Origin: Zygnema circumcarinatum SAG 698-1b
Taxonomy: Eukaryota > Plantae > Zygnematophyceae
NCBI GenBank assembly: GCA_037447605.1
Contig: CM074806.1
Span: 4,092,001 to 4,156,000, forward strand
Reading direction: 5' to 3'
Length of the DNA stretch: 64,000 bases
Under the pieces are notes generated by a model. The model did not search any database and had not been told where the DNA came from. It saw only the letters and a list, made by a program, of their open reading frames with translations. The position numbers and the translations under genes were made by a program. Position 1 is the stretch's first letter; each line of letters opens with the position of its first letter. Shown piece by piece: positions 1-16,477 of the stretch.

Positions 1-514
1 CGAAAGCCAATCCCTGTTCGTCACGTGTACAATAATCTGACTTGTCCGCTCTGTGATCGTCGAATCTAGGCACAATGCTAGGCCCGCTCGGATCCACTCC
101 TTCGGATGTACCGTTTACCGTACAGTACAAACAATGACGTACGGTTCATCCGTACAGGAGCAGGGCCATCCGCCCATCCCTACTGGGAGGAGGGAGGGGA
201 GACCTAAACGGAGCCATGGCAGCCATGGAAGCTTGAAAGCTTGCAAGGAGGGTATGGCTTCCGCTTGCCGCTTATCCGTCGCCATAGCCTGCATAATCAC
301 CGCACGCATTGCAGTCCTTATTATTTAAGTTCTGCTTTACTTCCTTTTATCTTCTTAAGCTCGCCTCTCCCTCGCATCTACCTCCACTCTTCCCCACGCC
401 CACCCCCCACCGCCCCCTCTCTCTCCCTCTCTCTGTCTCTCTCTCTCTCCTCCCTCTGTGAATATCCAAAGCTCTCTCACTCGTTCGTTCCTCACTCTCA
501 GCTGCATTGGCGCC

Positions 515-3500
515 ATGACTGTGGAGGAGGAACTGAAGTGGAAGAACAGGCTGGTGGACTATTTTGTTGTATGCGGTTTAGGCCTAGATCTTCAGAGCCT
601 GAATGATGACAGGGGCTACCAAGGCCGCAATGTTCGCTACATTCCTTCTTTGTTGGACCACTACCCTCCCAAGGAGCACGCCAATTTCGAAATCCCGCCC
701 TTGCTTGCAACGGTGAGCATTCCAATTCAGATCCAAGTTCAAACCCTAACTTTGTAGCCCATGCTGCAACATTTCTGCACTGCTAGGCAGGAGGGAGGCA
801 ATGTGGTTTGCAGCTGAATTTGGGAGACAACTCCCTGTTGGAATTTGTGGCCTGAGGTTCGTATGCTGTTCTTGAAACTCCGTTCTTTGCGCTCAGACAT
901 TCATATGTGCTTCTTTACAGCTTCACTTCCCAGAATTCAGAAAGAAGGGAATAGACAGGAATTCGTAAGGGTGGCGTAGCCATTCGCCTCAATGATAGAT
1001 AATGCCGAAATGTTACTATCAGTTTTTTGATGGCTTTTTTACAGCCTAACCGATCCAGATCATTTATCTCTGAACGTCGGATGCGTGCGTATGTAGCCAG
1101 TCGTTCTCGCGGAGACAATTGTCTAGTTGAACTTTTGTGGCTACGCTGCATTATCAGCTCTAATTTTTAATGTTTCCACTACAGGGGTCTTTACGATTAC
1201 CATGATAATTTGTTCGTTGAAAAACAAAACAAACAATTCATGAACTGATGTGAAAGCAAAATGTTGGCGCTCTTCATGACCGATAAGGGTACTTGAAAAT
1301 GATTTTACAAGCAAAATATTATCTAAAGCCTGAAAGATGTAATTAATTGTTGGAAACATTCGAACACGGTAAGTGTTGAAGTATGTGTGTAAAAAAAATT
1401 CAAAAAAGTGTACGAAGGGTGAACAATTGCAGCGAGTGTCTGGAATCTGGAATTTGATACATCACTTCAGGAAAAAAATCTCCATAACTGTCCCTGCCTG
1501 ACCGATATTGACCTAACCGATAGAACATCTTTACCTTGAAACAAACAATTACTGACTAATGACTGAGTTGCTTTGTGAGACATGCAAATGCAGGCAGTTC
1601 TGCCGTGCGGCCTGACCTTCTATGAGAAGCGACCTTATGCTAGCCAGGAGGAATCACAGTCGAGCAGCTATCCAATCATTCTCACAGGTGCAAATATCTC
1701 CCCCTCCCCCTCCCCCTTCCTCTCCCAAACCCCTTCCCCTCCCCTCCCTCTCTCCCACTTCCACTGTAAATATCCAGCTAACATGAACTGCCCATACTAG
1801 ACTCTTTCTTATTGTCTTCCTCTCTTTGATTTCCTTCACTCTTCTCCCCCCGTTTCACCTCTTCCCCCCCCATTTCACCTCGTCCCCTCAGAGGTTTTCA
1901 AGCTCTTGCTGCTTCTATTTCTCTCGTCGCCCTTCATGTTCATCCTACTAAGTACATCTTTCTCCTATTTCTGTGCACTCTCACCTTCCATCCGTTCTCC
2001 TCTCCTCTACACCTCCCCCTCACCTTTCTCTCACGCTTTTCACCGTCATCCCTAACCACCACCCTGATCCCTGCAGACTCCGACGGCACCAAGATCTATG
2101 TCGCAGTTGTATCATTCCGTGACCGCGTGGATGAGGACATAGCCCAAGCCTATGCCATTCCGCCCAATACATTGGTCGATAAAGCGATCTGTCTCGTCTC
2201 CCATTGGCCCTATTTGGACACTTTTAGAGAATGTTTGGAGGAGATTCATCGCTCGTGTTTTTCGGCTTCGGGATGCTCCAAGCCTATTTGGGACACTGTG
2301 GCACACCTCGTGACAGGTGTCCCTCCGCCCACTGTTGGGAGAAGCCTCGTCATGTTCACTGTCGAAAATTCGCTTTTGTCGGTGGCCGCTCTGCCCAATG
2401 CAAACACGTGCCTGCCGTACACAGAGGTGAGCAGCATTTTTCTGAAAGCAGAGTTTGGGACTGTGAATGGTAAGTTTCCACGGAAGTAATCGTTTCTTTT
2501 TCTCTTTTGGTGGCGGGGGAGGGGCAGATATCCTTTCGGCCGTTAGTGGAGTGCTTGGATGTGGACAACCTTATTCGTCTTGTTACTGCTGTGGCATTGG
2601 AGAAGCGAATCCTATTGCGGGCAGCAAAGTGGGTTGTTGGCCTCCTGTTTTTTGCGTCCTAAACTAAGTGATGATGCATGTACTAATTATTCCTGGAAGA
2701 ACCGAGCTCCAACGTAAATGTTCCATGTGTATTTCAACTTTAAGGGTTTTTAGCAAGCTTATTCTCTTCTATGCAGGTACGAGCTGCTCACAAGCGTGGC
2801 AGAAGCTTCGACCCATTTGGTCTATCCCTTCAGGTGGCTGGTGAGATCGCCCAACTGTTTCTTTAAAACACATTTTTCAAATAAACACACGTTGCAGCAG
2901 GATGCCCTTGAAAAAAAAAAGCTTTCGGGAGGAGACTGCTGTAATTCATCCCTCGAGCATCTACTCTCATCTCCATACATGAAGCAGCGATTCACATGCC
3001 AGATGTATGTGTGCTTGTTTTCAGCTGCCATATGTTCCGGTCGTACCTGCAAAGCTGCTAGGGCTATTTGATGCTCCGGGATCGACATTTTTTGGGCTAT
3101 GTACCTCTCTTATGGACAATGTGTCCCCCCACAACTTCGTTGACGTGAGTCGCATACCCTTTAGCCCCCTCACAAAGCATGAGATGAAACTAATGAGGAT
3201 GAGTGGTGAGAGAGTCTGAATTCAAGTCTGTACTTTCTTTAGCTTTTAGCCGAGGCCCATCAAATTTGATTTCCTTTCTCAGTTCACATTTGTGAAGGTA
3301 CTCACATTGAAGCCCCCTCTCCTTCCTCTCTCTCCCCATCTTCTCTCTCTCCCTCCCCCCTCCTTTTCCTCTGCAATATTTTCCTCCGCTTCAGATGGTA
3401 TTGGTCGATCTTGACAACAATCGTATACAAATTCTTGCTCCCATGGATCCTCATGAGCCGTTAGGTGACCTCCCCGCCCTTCCAGAACCGGAACTTTCCA

Positions 3501-6500
3501 TTATGCGAAATGGCATTCTCAATTTGGTGCACCCAAGTTTGCAACAAATGGATCAGCCAAGATACACACGTGGAGGCTCATATACCAAAAAAATGCACAA
3601 TCTCAGTAAGCCTTGGAGCAAACTTCACGACCAGGAACTACGGTATGCTCCAAACAATCCTTGTTATGTTGGACAATGAACATTGCTTAGGTTTTACCTT
3701 GGTTTGTCGAGCCCTCCTTTTTTTGTCTGTCTAGTAATGTACGACAAGGGTTTTGGTTGACAGATTGATCTTCCTTAAATTCTTCGCCAGCGCACTGAAT
3801 GGATATCGCAACTTTGTGGTGAGTCATTGTCGAGAACGAGAAGATCAATGCTCTAGGGTTAATCGTTTCTATGTTCTGATTGCAACCACAGGGCCTCTCT
3901 TTGTTTTTTCCTCGCTAAATTTCGCCCTATGCGTTGTTTTTTTCTTTTTCTCTTAACGAGAAAATTCACTCAGACTGTGCGTGCAGGACTATTCTGGGCA
4001 AGAATCAACCACAGGAAGGCCCCGAGTGGTTTTCAGCAGAGATGCATATCTTAAAAAACGCATTCGCAGCACTCCTCGACCAACGGTGAGCTGCCACCCT
4101 CCTTGTCGGCTCCGCTACAGAATCTGAATCAAGACAAGTTGTGTTACATCAGTTCCATCATGGTGATTTTGTGCACTTTTTCCACAGAGGTGCTGACGTG
4201 TCAGGGATTGGTTGGATGGCTAGGCCAATGGGGAGGAGGCTCAGCGGGAGGAGGAAGTCCCCGACCTTTCCTTTGTGAGTTCTACTGTTCAGTTGACCTG
4301 AACAGAAGCATAGAGATGCAGGGAGAGGGAATTTTTTTCTTTCCTTTCTGTCACTGCATAGAAAAGAGCTTGTTGTTGAAAGAACACGCTTTTTAAGCTT
4401 ATATCATGCTTTCATGAAATTTTGCAGATTTACCACCTTTGCAATACTTTAGGATGGAGCTTTTTTCTGGAAGATGGACTTGGGTCGGCTGGGGCGGGTC
4501 CAAATTTATTTGATAATGCTTGTGAAGCGTGTGGGAGAGGAAAAGAAGTACGACTACCTCCTATTGAGATTCCTTCCGAAATATATACAGTGCCAGAAGC
4601 AGCAGTAGAAGGTGAGTGTTACTTAAAATTATTATTACCTGCTATTGAAAACTACATTTGCTGAAGTAATTCCTATCTGAACTTCCTCTACCCCTCCTTC
4701 TCTCCCTCTCTTCCCCCCCCTCCCTCCCTCCCCCTTCTCCCTTCACCTTACATTTTTGAAGTTATATTTTAATCTTTTGCTCTCCCTTGAGCTAATTTAG
4801 GAATCGGGGTTGGAAAGCAGCTGAAGATAGGCAGGTGGGACGGTCCACTTACGATCGCTTTCCAAGTTCTGAAAAGACCCCGGATGAGATTGCGAAGCGA
4901 GAAAAAGTCCTGCAGGAAGTGGAGGGGTCCAGGAAGAGGCCCACCCGGATGAGCACCGTTGCAAGGTGGGAGGCCGCTCTATGCTTCAGTTTGCTCAGTT
5001 CAGCTGAGCTGCTATCACTGAGCATGCAGTGGCTGACCTGAATACCTGCCTAGTGCTTGCCACCATCGACCTCTCTCTCTCTCTCTCTCTGTGCCCCCCC
5101 CACCCCCCTCCTCTCTTCCACTCTGCCCATCCATATTATAATGATGTTGGGCAGGCCCTACATTCAGTGTGTGTAGCGAGCTGCAAGCGATACCGTTGTT
5201 TAGTACATGGAGTCGTTGTCTTCGCTGAGACAAGAGCGGAGCGGGAGAGAGTGAGTGGCACTCACATGGGTGGGCGGGAGATGGAGGGAGCAGTAGCCAC
5301 TTGGAAGATACCTTACGAAAGTCAATTTTGGAGCGGAGCAATACAAGCTTCATCAGTCGAAAGGCGCAGGAGCGAGAGGTAGGAGCACATGGAATGATTG
5401 CGATTTGTCCTTTACTGAGCAGCCGCATTACATTTGGAGATTTGGAGACTTTGTCATCTCTTACTCCGAGACTTAGCCTGCACATGTTGGGACATTGTAT
5501 ATCCATAGTGTAAGGCTTTTCGGAATTGAAGGCTTCAACTATTATGGATACCAAAGCTGTGGGTTATGCTCATTGGTGGGCTTTCTGCAGAAAGAAAGAG
5601 AAGCTATGGTTGCCGACATCAAGCTCAAACTTTCGGTAAGCAATTTCATACTGTTTAAAGAGAGTGTGATGATCATTGCTTACGATCGAAGGCTCGAAGT
5701 ACAAGTACTCATTTGTAAAGCTCATAAACAGAACATAAGGGGAGTCTTCCGAGTGGTGGGGACCTCGTATATATGCAGAGACTATGGGATGAATTTTTAC
5801 GGAAACCGCTGGAAGAAGAGCCATTGGAGGAGGGGAGCTATTACGGAACGATTTACGGTAAGGAGCAAGGTGATGCTTTGCTTGTTTCCGCACTTTTCTG
5901 CACAAACATATTCAGAAGATGTGTTCTATGTAAGTGCATTGAAATCAACAGCAGGCTCTCTCTATAGCCTTGGTGTTGACTAAAATTCTATTTGAATTCT
6001 TCATATTAATTGGATGCAGTGATGCTCGAGTCTGACGCGGAAGGCATCGCCGGAATCGGCTTTATGGAATGCATCGCGGAACATATTGCTAAGGCAGGGC
6101 GGCAGACAGCTCTCCCTCTCTCTCATTGCTCTCTCCCTGTCCCTCTCTCGCATTGCTGCCTTCATGCATACAGACTGTTCGTTTGCCATAGGATGTCCCT
6201 CTCCCTCTCCCTCTTTCCCTCCTCCGTCGCCCCCACTCCCTGTCGGGTTGCCTCGTCCATATTCCCCTCGCATTCCCTCTCTCCTGCTTCTTCCCTTTCC
6301 ATCTCCTGAACACACCCACTCTCCTCCCTATTTTCCCTCTTTCTCCGTCCACTCTCCACTCCCCCCCTCCCCCCCTTCCCCTCCTCCCACTCCCCCCCTC
6401 CTCTCCTCATCCTCGCCCTCTCTGCCCCCTCCCCTCCCCACCCCTCCCCTCCCCTCCNNNNNNNNNNCGCCCTCTCTGCCCCCTCCCCTCCCCACCCCTC

Positions 6501-8126
6501 CCCTCCCCTCCCCTCCCTCCCCTTCCCTCCCCTCCCCTCCCCTCCCCTCCCTGTCTCTCTCCCCATCCTCTCCTCTCTCCCTCTCCCAGGGGTGGGATTG
6601 CAGGTTGGGCCCTGTCCACTTCACTGCCGTGAGAGACCTCGTCCTTTTGGCCGTTTCTAGAGCCGCCAGTCGCAGCAACACTCCCACTATTGTTCAAGCT
6701 TTGGAAGTTTCTGCCCGCCTCTATAGGCGTGATGATGCGGAAATTTGTGACTTTATTCAAAGGCACATAGGGGCACTATCCATTTGGCAGGACTTCAGGT
6801 AAATGGGGATAAGGGAGCCATAATTTGAGGGTTTTGTAGTGGGGGGGGGCCAGGAAGAGGAGAGTGAGAGTGGGTTTGTGAAATGTGAGATTGTGGGATC
6901 AGTTTTTCCTGGTTTTGGGTCTTTTTGGGTTCATATTTAACGTATGCAGATGGGGATGGGTTGGGTTTGCGTACTTGAACTGTTTTGGCTTCAGATTTTG
7001 GGACTATTACTTCAACGTGTTGATGGAGCAATACACGCTGCAGTGGGTCCCTGCTCTGAACCCTCGTGAGGGGTTTGTGAGAGGGGAAGAGTTAGACAGA
7101 GATTGAGAGAGAGAGAGAGAGAAAATGTGGAGAATTATGATGCTATGCGACGTAGGACTCTTTTTCTGCCTTCTTTGTACTGCTACCTCAACCGGCATAG
7201 CCAATTTTGCAAAGCCTTTATGCTGAAGTTTTTCCTGATATGCAAAAATGTGGATGTGGGCGCAGTGAAGGGAACCATGCGAACATAGTGTTGGAGCAAT
7301 TGATGGTACTTGCACATCATATGGTAAGCTACAACAAGTCCCATGTGTATACATATCACTTGAATTAAACCACACCCCCTTATTCTTGTATTTCTCACAT
7401 TTCTCTGTTTTTCCTATGAGTACGCAGGCAGAATTAGGTCTTGTGGATGCCGATGCATGGGGACTGCTGGAAGCATTGGCAAATCGAGAGAAAATTTCTG
7501 TGCTTAAACAGGTTTATCCATTCCCCTTTTTCTCTCTCTCTTTTCAAAGCATCGCTCTTGACATCATCCTCCTGTGAAATGCCGTTGTTCACCTTCTCCA
7601 CATCAGAAATTACACACTTATTTGAACTTGTTCTTTACAATATTCAATTCACCAAAATGAGTAAGCCTTTCCATGCTGCACTCTTTTCCCCCTTCAGATC
7701 CGACTCCGAGGCAGGCTCGCTCAAGCTCAGCAGAATCTGAAATATTTCGCTCCCTCTCCCCACTCTCCCCAAGCAACACTTTGGCAGAACCCTGCTTCCA
7801 AAACGGACCCCAGCCCACGTGGCACCGTTGCAGACAACGGAACTGAAACCATGAGCGGGTCCGTTGGACGGAGCTGGATGCCCGCGTGGATGGGCGCCAC
7901 AAAGGGGGGGGCAGTCAGCGCGGGACCGGAGCCTCCCGGAAGGAATAGGAGGACGCCAAGTTGGTCCGGACCGGACTACGGTGAGGGAGAGGGAGAGGGA
8001 GAGGGGAGAGGGAGAGGGAGAGGGAGAGGGAGAGGGAGAGGGAGAGGGAGAGGGAGAGGGCCACTTATAACTGTACGATCACCCAACATGCTCTTACTTT
8101 TACTAGGCACGCCCATGTAACAATCT

Positions 8127-8182
<56 letters not shown>

Positions 8183-10398
8183 CTGGATTTTTTATTTACT
8201 CGCAGGAATGGATGGAAATGACATGAGAGCTGAGGCTGTGCGTCCTTCCACGGCTGGAAGAGCGGCAGGTCACCAAAAGGGCTTTCCAGGAATGAGAGTT
8301 CTTCGAGGCCATACACAGGCAATAACAGCTCTTCATGCTGGAACAAAGAGCGACCTTGGAGACCTACTGGCAGACGGAGACGATGTCGGTTACTTTGCAA
8401 GTGGATCATTCGATAAAACGGTTTGTCTCCCCAGTTCAACTTGACTTTTAAGTTTTGGAATACGGACGAAATTTGCATGTTGGTGTAGGGGGTTGTAAAG
8501 CTTGTGGGCTTCATGAGAGGGGCGGAAGGGAGTGAGGGAGAGTTGGGGAAGTGGGGCGTACAAGGAAGGGAGGTGGGAGGTTGGAATTTGGGACAGGGAG
8601 AGGGGAAGTGCAGTTATTTAGGGGATGAGGACGAGATGGGGGAAAGAACGGAATTCGGGGAATATACCGGAAATGGAGAGAGCGAGAGTGAGTGGAAGGG
8701 GAGAAAATGAAACTCGTGGAAGCGGCAGTGAAAGACGGAGAGATAAGTGGGAAGAGGGGCAGGAAGAAAGAGAAAGAGGGAAAGAGTGGGAGATAAAGAC
8801 GAAGAACTAGTAGGAATCATAAGTAAATGGTAGGGAGATAGAGGGAGGGCAGCCCTGAAAGAAGGAAACTTCCGTGGTTGCAGGTGAAGCTATGGGACCC
8901 ATCTATGCGCGGGCAAGAGCTGCGAGCAACCATGGAGGGCCATCAGGGGGCGGTGCGATGCATAAGCTCTGACAGAACTCGCATCATTTCAGGAGGAGAC
9001 GATAAGCGCATCTTTGTGTTCGACAAGGCAACAGCAAAGCCGGTGGTAGAGCTGCAAGGCCACGAGGACTCTGTAAGCAGCAAACCCTTACGTATTTACT
9101 AATTTTTTTTATTTTTTAGCCTTTGAGTGGGTTGTTTTTTACTCGCCCTCCCCACTCCCACATGCTCTCTCCCTCTCCCTTTCTGTCTCACATGCACACG
9201 TTGTTTCTCGCCAATCCATTTCCACTTTTGCAGGTGACTTGTGTGCGAATGCTTTCAGGCTTGAGTCGAGGAAGTGTCCTCACAGCCGGCAGAGATGGGC
9301 AGGTCAAGATGTGGGATACGAGGGCTGGGAGAGACCAGGTGGCTACAACAGTGGCTAAATGGCCCACTTCCGTACTATGCATCGACTACCTCGATCATGC
9401 ATACATGCTTGGAGCTGCCGGAACAGACTCATGCTGCCACGTGTGGGATGTGAGAGCAGGGAAGGAGAGATACAAGCTGCAGGGTCATAGCAATTGGATT
9501 CGGTCCGTGAGAATGGTGGGAGATGCAGTTGTGACAGGGAGTGACGATTGGACTGCTCGAGTTTGGACTCTGAATGATGGGCAATGTGAAGCGGTGCTCG
9601 CATGCCATGCGGGGCCAATTACGGCTGTGGAGTACTCTCAAGCTGCAAGAGGACTACTTGTTACAGGTATGCCATTCATATGTACGCTTTTTTTTCTTTT
9701 TCTATCTTGTTTTTGGAGCAAGTACGGGAAAACTGAACTGAAAAAACATGTATTTTGTATGTTTGCAGGTTCCGCTGACCATACGGTTCGCCTGTGGGAT
9801 AGAGCGGAAGGCTCCCTGCGGTGTGTGGAAACTGTTGGCATTCATAACTCGACCATTCTTTCGGTGAAGGCGGGAGAGCGGTGGCTCGCAATAGCAGCAG
9901 CGGACAACTCCATGTCTCTCTTTCACCGCCCGCAGGCAGAAGGGTACGGGGAGAAGGGGCGGCAGAGTATGGCGGGCTGGGAGCTCTTCAAGTCTATGAA
10001 CCGGGCGCCGGATCTGGTAAGCATTTGAATGAATTGAATGAATTGAATATGGGGTTTTAAACTGTTGAGGAAAGGTTCAGAGACGTCTAGTTAGGGTTAG
10101 CAAATGCTTTTGGAAGCTAATTTCTCATTGAGAGGGAGGAGTTGTGACAGTTCAGATTGAGAATAGAACTTACGCTCGAAGCATTACCATCGGGAAGGGA
10201 AGGTCGTACTGTACATGTCGTGTCTATGCTCTTTGTTCCGTTGCAGTTTTTCAGTTTAGGTTAACCTTTTTTGTGTTTTGTCCACAGATCCGCCACGTGG
10301 CATGTGATGTGGACCGAGGCAGAATCTGCAGCGGCAGTAGAAGCGGAATTCTGCGCGTCTGGGAGGCACCTCAGCTCACTCAGACTCCCCCGCCTTAA
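515..10398 (+). CDS. SCD1: SCD1-like DENN-domain + WD40-repeat protein (multi-exon)
   Basis: Starts MTVEEELKWKNRLVDYFVVCGLG (uDENN). DENN exons include YPIILT..DGTKIYV, KAICLVSHWPY, ALEKRILL and VLVDLDNN. The SCD1-type middle region has ESDAEGIAGIGFMECIAEHI and IWQDFRFWDYYF. The C-terminal WD40 repeats include SGSFDKTVKLWD, TGSDDWTARVW, GSADHTVRLWD and SGSRSGILRVWE. Stop is TAA at 10396-10398. Introns are GT-AG, with one probable GC-AG. Confidence 0.93.
6458..6467. other. Assembly gap (10 N) in SCD1 intron
   Basis: Run of n characters. Confidence 0.99.
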
Positions 10399-11271
10399 CA
10401 TGGAAGAACCTTGGTAAAGTTAAAGGCCGAAAGTATCCAGGGAAGGGGTCTAAAATGGATATTTTGAGGGGATCACGTTCGCATTACATGAATGAAGGTG
10501 TATGGCGAAACTGAAGATTTGGATATAGGAGACATAGCACAAATCTGGTTCAGGTGATAGGGTCCTTAGGGTCAAGGGAATGTGGCTTTGAGACTCGGTG
10601 TTGCATGGAACATAAGAGTGAGCTTGAAGAGCTGCTATATAGGATAGGGAGGATGAAAGGTTTATTTTGGGAGAGGGAGGGGATGGGGATGAGGGGTAGG
10701 TGGAGCAGTGGAAACGAGTAGCGAGTTAGAGAGGTAGATATAATGGAATTCCGTAGATCTGTGGGTTCAATTTTGGCTCTCGATTATTGATTATTACCAT
10801 CATCAAGGGGGGAGGGAAGCATGCATAGAGTAGGTGGGAACTTAGATCAAGGAGCTGCCGCAGAAACATTTGTAGGCCCACGCTTTCCTTTCTTTGGTTC
10901 TGAGAATTGGATGACTTCCTTTGGAACGACTCTAGAGCCGGCCCAGTGAGTGGGAGGGCTCCTAAATTGGCACATTCCTGTGAATATACAAAGGAAACCT
11001 AAAAAGAAAAAAAGGAACTCTTTCCTGCAACAGTTTTGTAGATTATACTAAACAAGGAGATGGGGACATTTATTTTTTTGCTTGACTTCAGCTATTTTAT
11101 GAATCCTTTCATACAGAACGACGCCCTGTGCCCTAAGTAGCCATAACAACGGCAGACCCGGAAAAAGCCATCCATAAAGCTCTAACGACTAAAAGCCCTG
11201 AATTAGAGGACAATGCAGGTCGTGTAGACCTCATGACTGTACCCATACGGCCACCTGTGAACGAGTCCCGC

Positions 11272-14335
<3,064 letters not shown>

Positions 14336-14919
14336 TGTATGAGGGGATGGGGGTCGATCCCTGGAAGATTACTATTGCGCCCAGGAGGTCGCAATGCTCA
14401 TTTTATACTCCTTCAGGAAGAGGAAGATGCAGGCCATGGATTCACTCGCTTCCCGCTTGGCGCTGAGCTTGTGGTGAAGAAGGGACCCCATTCAAAGACC
14501 CAAAATTTCCTTGCAGCTTCACATTGAAACAACGACATAGTTCATGGAAAAAAATGGAAAAAATTCAAATCGACTGCATGACTTGGAGGGCGTGTGCCCT
14601 GCCCAACGGCCCAGAACTCTGAACCCTCGAAAATTTCAGCCTTCTTAAACCCTGGGCGCCCGAAAAAGGCCGCAGAGGGTCCGCGGCCGCAAGGAGGGGT
14701 TTAGGCGGGGCCGCTTCCGGAAGGGTTCAGGGCCGACGGGGCCTTCACCGGTCGCGGCCACCGGATTGGCCGAAACCGCCCGAACGTACACTGTACGGAC
14801 AGGCAGGGTTTGACTTTTGGTCGAAACATTTTCAATCGGAAGCAGTAAATGCTCGTGGAAATAGAATCATACTGAGAATAATCGGATCCGAGCGACCAGT
14901 TTTTTTTAATTAAGTACGA

Positions 14920-14980
14920 CGTGTCAGACTGAAAAATTCTCGAAATACTGAAAACTCGATATCCGTAACATTTCGAGTCA
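14920..14980. mobile_element. Degenerate copy of MITE type B
   Basis: cgtgtcagactgaaaaattctcgaaatactgaaaactcgatatccgtaacattt closely matches the interior of 15615-15693. The termini have decayed. Confidence 0.7.
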
Positions 14981-15452
14981 GCGTCAGTGAAACGGAAATT
15001 CCCGAGCGGAGTTTTCCCGCAGTCGCCGCCGGGGGCCCTCCGCCCTCGAACCCGCGACCTCACTTCGCAACGAGCGGTCCAAACGACGCCGCGTCGCGTT
15101 GCGCGTCACGTCACGTCACGGAAGCGTCACCGCCTCACGACAAACTCAAAGTGAGGGCCGCCCGCCGTTCGCGGTCCAGTCACAACATTCGCCAATCACT
15201 GATCGCCACGTGTACAGAAAGATCCAAGGATGACGCGATTTTCAGCATTCTGGGGTTCGCACGCGCTTGTCGGCTTTCGGGTGCGAACAAAATCGTGCGA
15301 AAAAGTACCCTTTTCAGTAAATCTTCGCAACATTGACCCGTAGACAGTACAGTTTTCGGTTCGGTTCGGTATAGGTTCGGAAGCGCCATGAATTTTAGTA
15401 CTTAGTAGCCTCGGTTTTAAGCACTACTTAAAAACTCGATATTCGCAACATT

Positions 15453-15611
15453 AGGGGGTGTCAGACTTAACAAAATCTTACGAAAAGCGTTACGAAAAAA
15501 AAGGTTACGAAAGTACTCCGCCGCAGGAGGATCGCGATTATACTGGAGTACTCGTTCTGATGTCAAACTTACGAACACGCGTACTGAAATTTTTTAAGTC
15601 TGACACCCCCT
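15453..15611. mobile_element. MITE type A (159 bp), TIR AGGGGGTGTCAGACTTAA, ATT TSD
   Basis: Perfect terminal inverted repeats agggggtgtcagacttaa / ttaagtctgacaccccct, flanked by ATT at 15450-15452 and 15612-15614. Confidence 0.85.
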
Positions 15612-15614
15612 ATT

Positions 15615-15693
15615 AGGGCGTGTCAGACTTAAAAAATTCTCGTAATACTAAAAACTCGATATTCGTAACATTTTGTTAAGTCTGACACGCCCT
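15615..15693. mobile_element. MITE type B (79 bp), TIR AGGGCGTGTCAGACTTAA, ATT TSD
   Basis: Perfect TIRs agggcgtgtcagacttaa / ttaagtctgacacgccct, flanked by ATT at 15612-15614 and 15694-15696. Confidence 0.85.
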
Positions 15694-15962
15694 ATTTTGT
15701 TGAGTCTGACTCGCCCTAAGAACGAAGTGTACGTCAACGCTTTGCAAGTGAGAACTGCAAATTGAGATCGGTACACGACTGCCCCAAATAATTATTAAAT
15801 CGGATTTGGCAAAGTACTGAGTTTTACAATTGTACCTCAAAATGTGGCCGCACAGGTACGGTACGGTATGGCCCTTCTGAGAATTTCGACCGTTTCTTCG
15901 TACTGTACGATATTCGTAGAGTGTTCGTACGGTATTCGTACGAAACTCACACGATGTCCGTA

Positions 15963-16477
15963 CAGTGGGGGGTCCTCGTATTTACCACCCCAAGGAGTGC
16001 GTCCTCAATATTTTCGCCCCAATTTTGCCGAAACCACTTTTTTGTACGGTAACTTGTGTTAGCCGTACTGTTCGTATTGTCCGTACTATCTGTACTAGCC
16101 GTTACGGGCTTACGCAAAACGCACCTAATCTCCCCGCTCGTGCCGCCGTAAGAGGCGCTCGCTCTTCTCCCCGTCTTCTTGACTTCGATACGATAAGATA
16201 CGATACGATACGGTCAAACGATACGAAACTCCCCGATGGTTGGATGACGACAGTATGTACGACAGTATATGCATCACGATATGTCACGATACGATACGAT
16301 GCTGGATGATACAGTACGATACTGTACGATATGGTACGGTACGATACGTACGGCTCAACATGAACTCTAACATAATACCGCCCGTCTATTCGTAACACGA
16401 ACCTTATATATGCAAATTTAATATTTTCGCCTCATTTTGCCCGGAACCAGGGTGGAAAATATGAGGACCCCCTACTG
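15963..16477. mobile_element. Tc1/mariner-like non-autonomous element (CAGT termini, TA TSD)
   Basis: TA|cagtggggggtcctcgtatttaccacc ... ggtggaaaatatgaggaccccctactg|TA gives about 27-bp imperfect TIRs with TA on both flanks. The interior holds a direct repeat (aatattttcgcc..attttgcc..aacca) and a TACGA-rich tract. Confidence 0.7.

Noticed and set aside
6414-6511. 44-bp direct repeat on both sides of the N gap
   Set aside because: Most likely overlapping contig ends left unmerged by the assembler.
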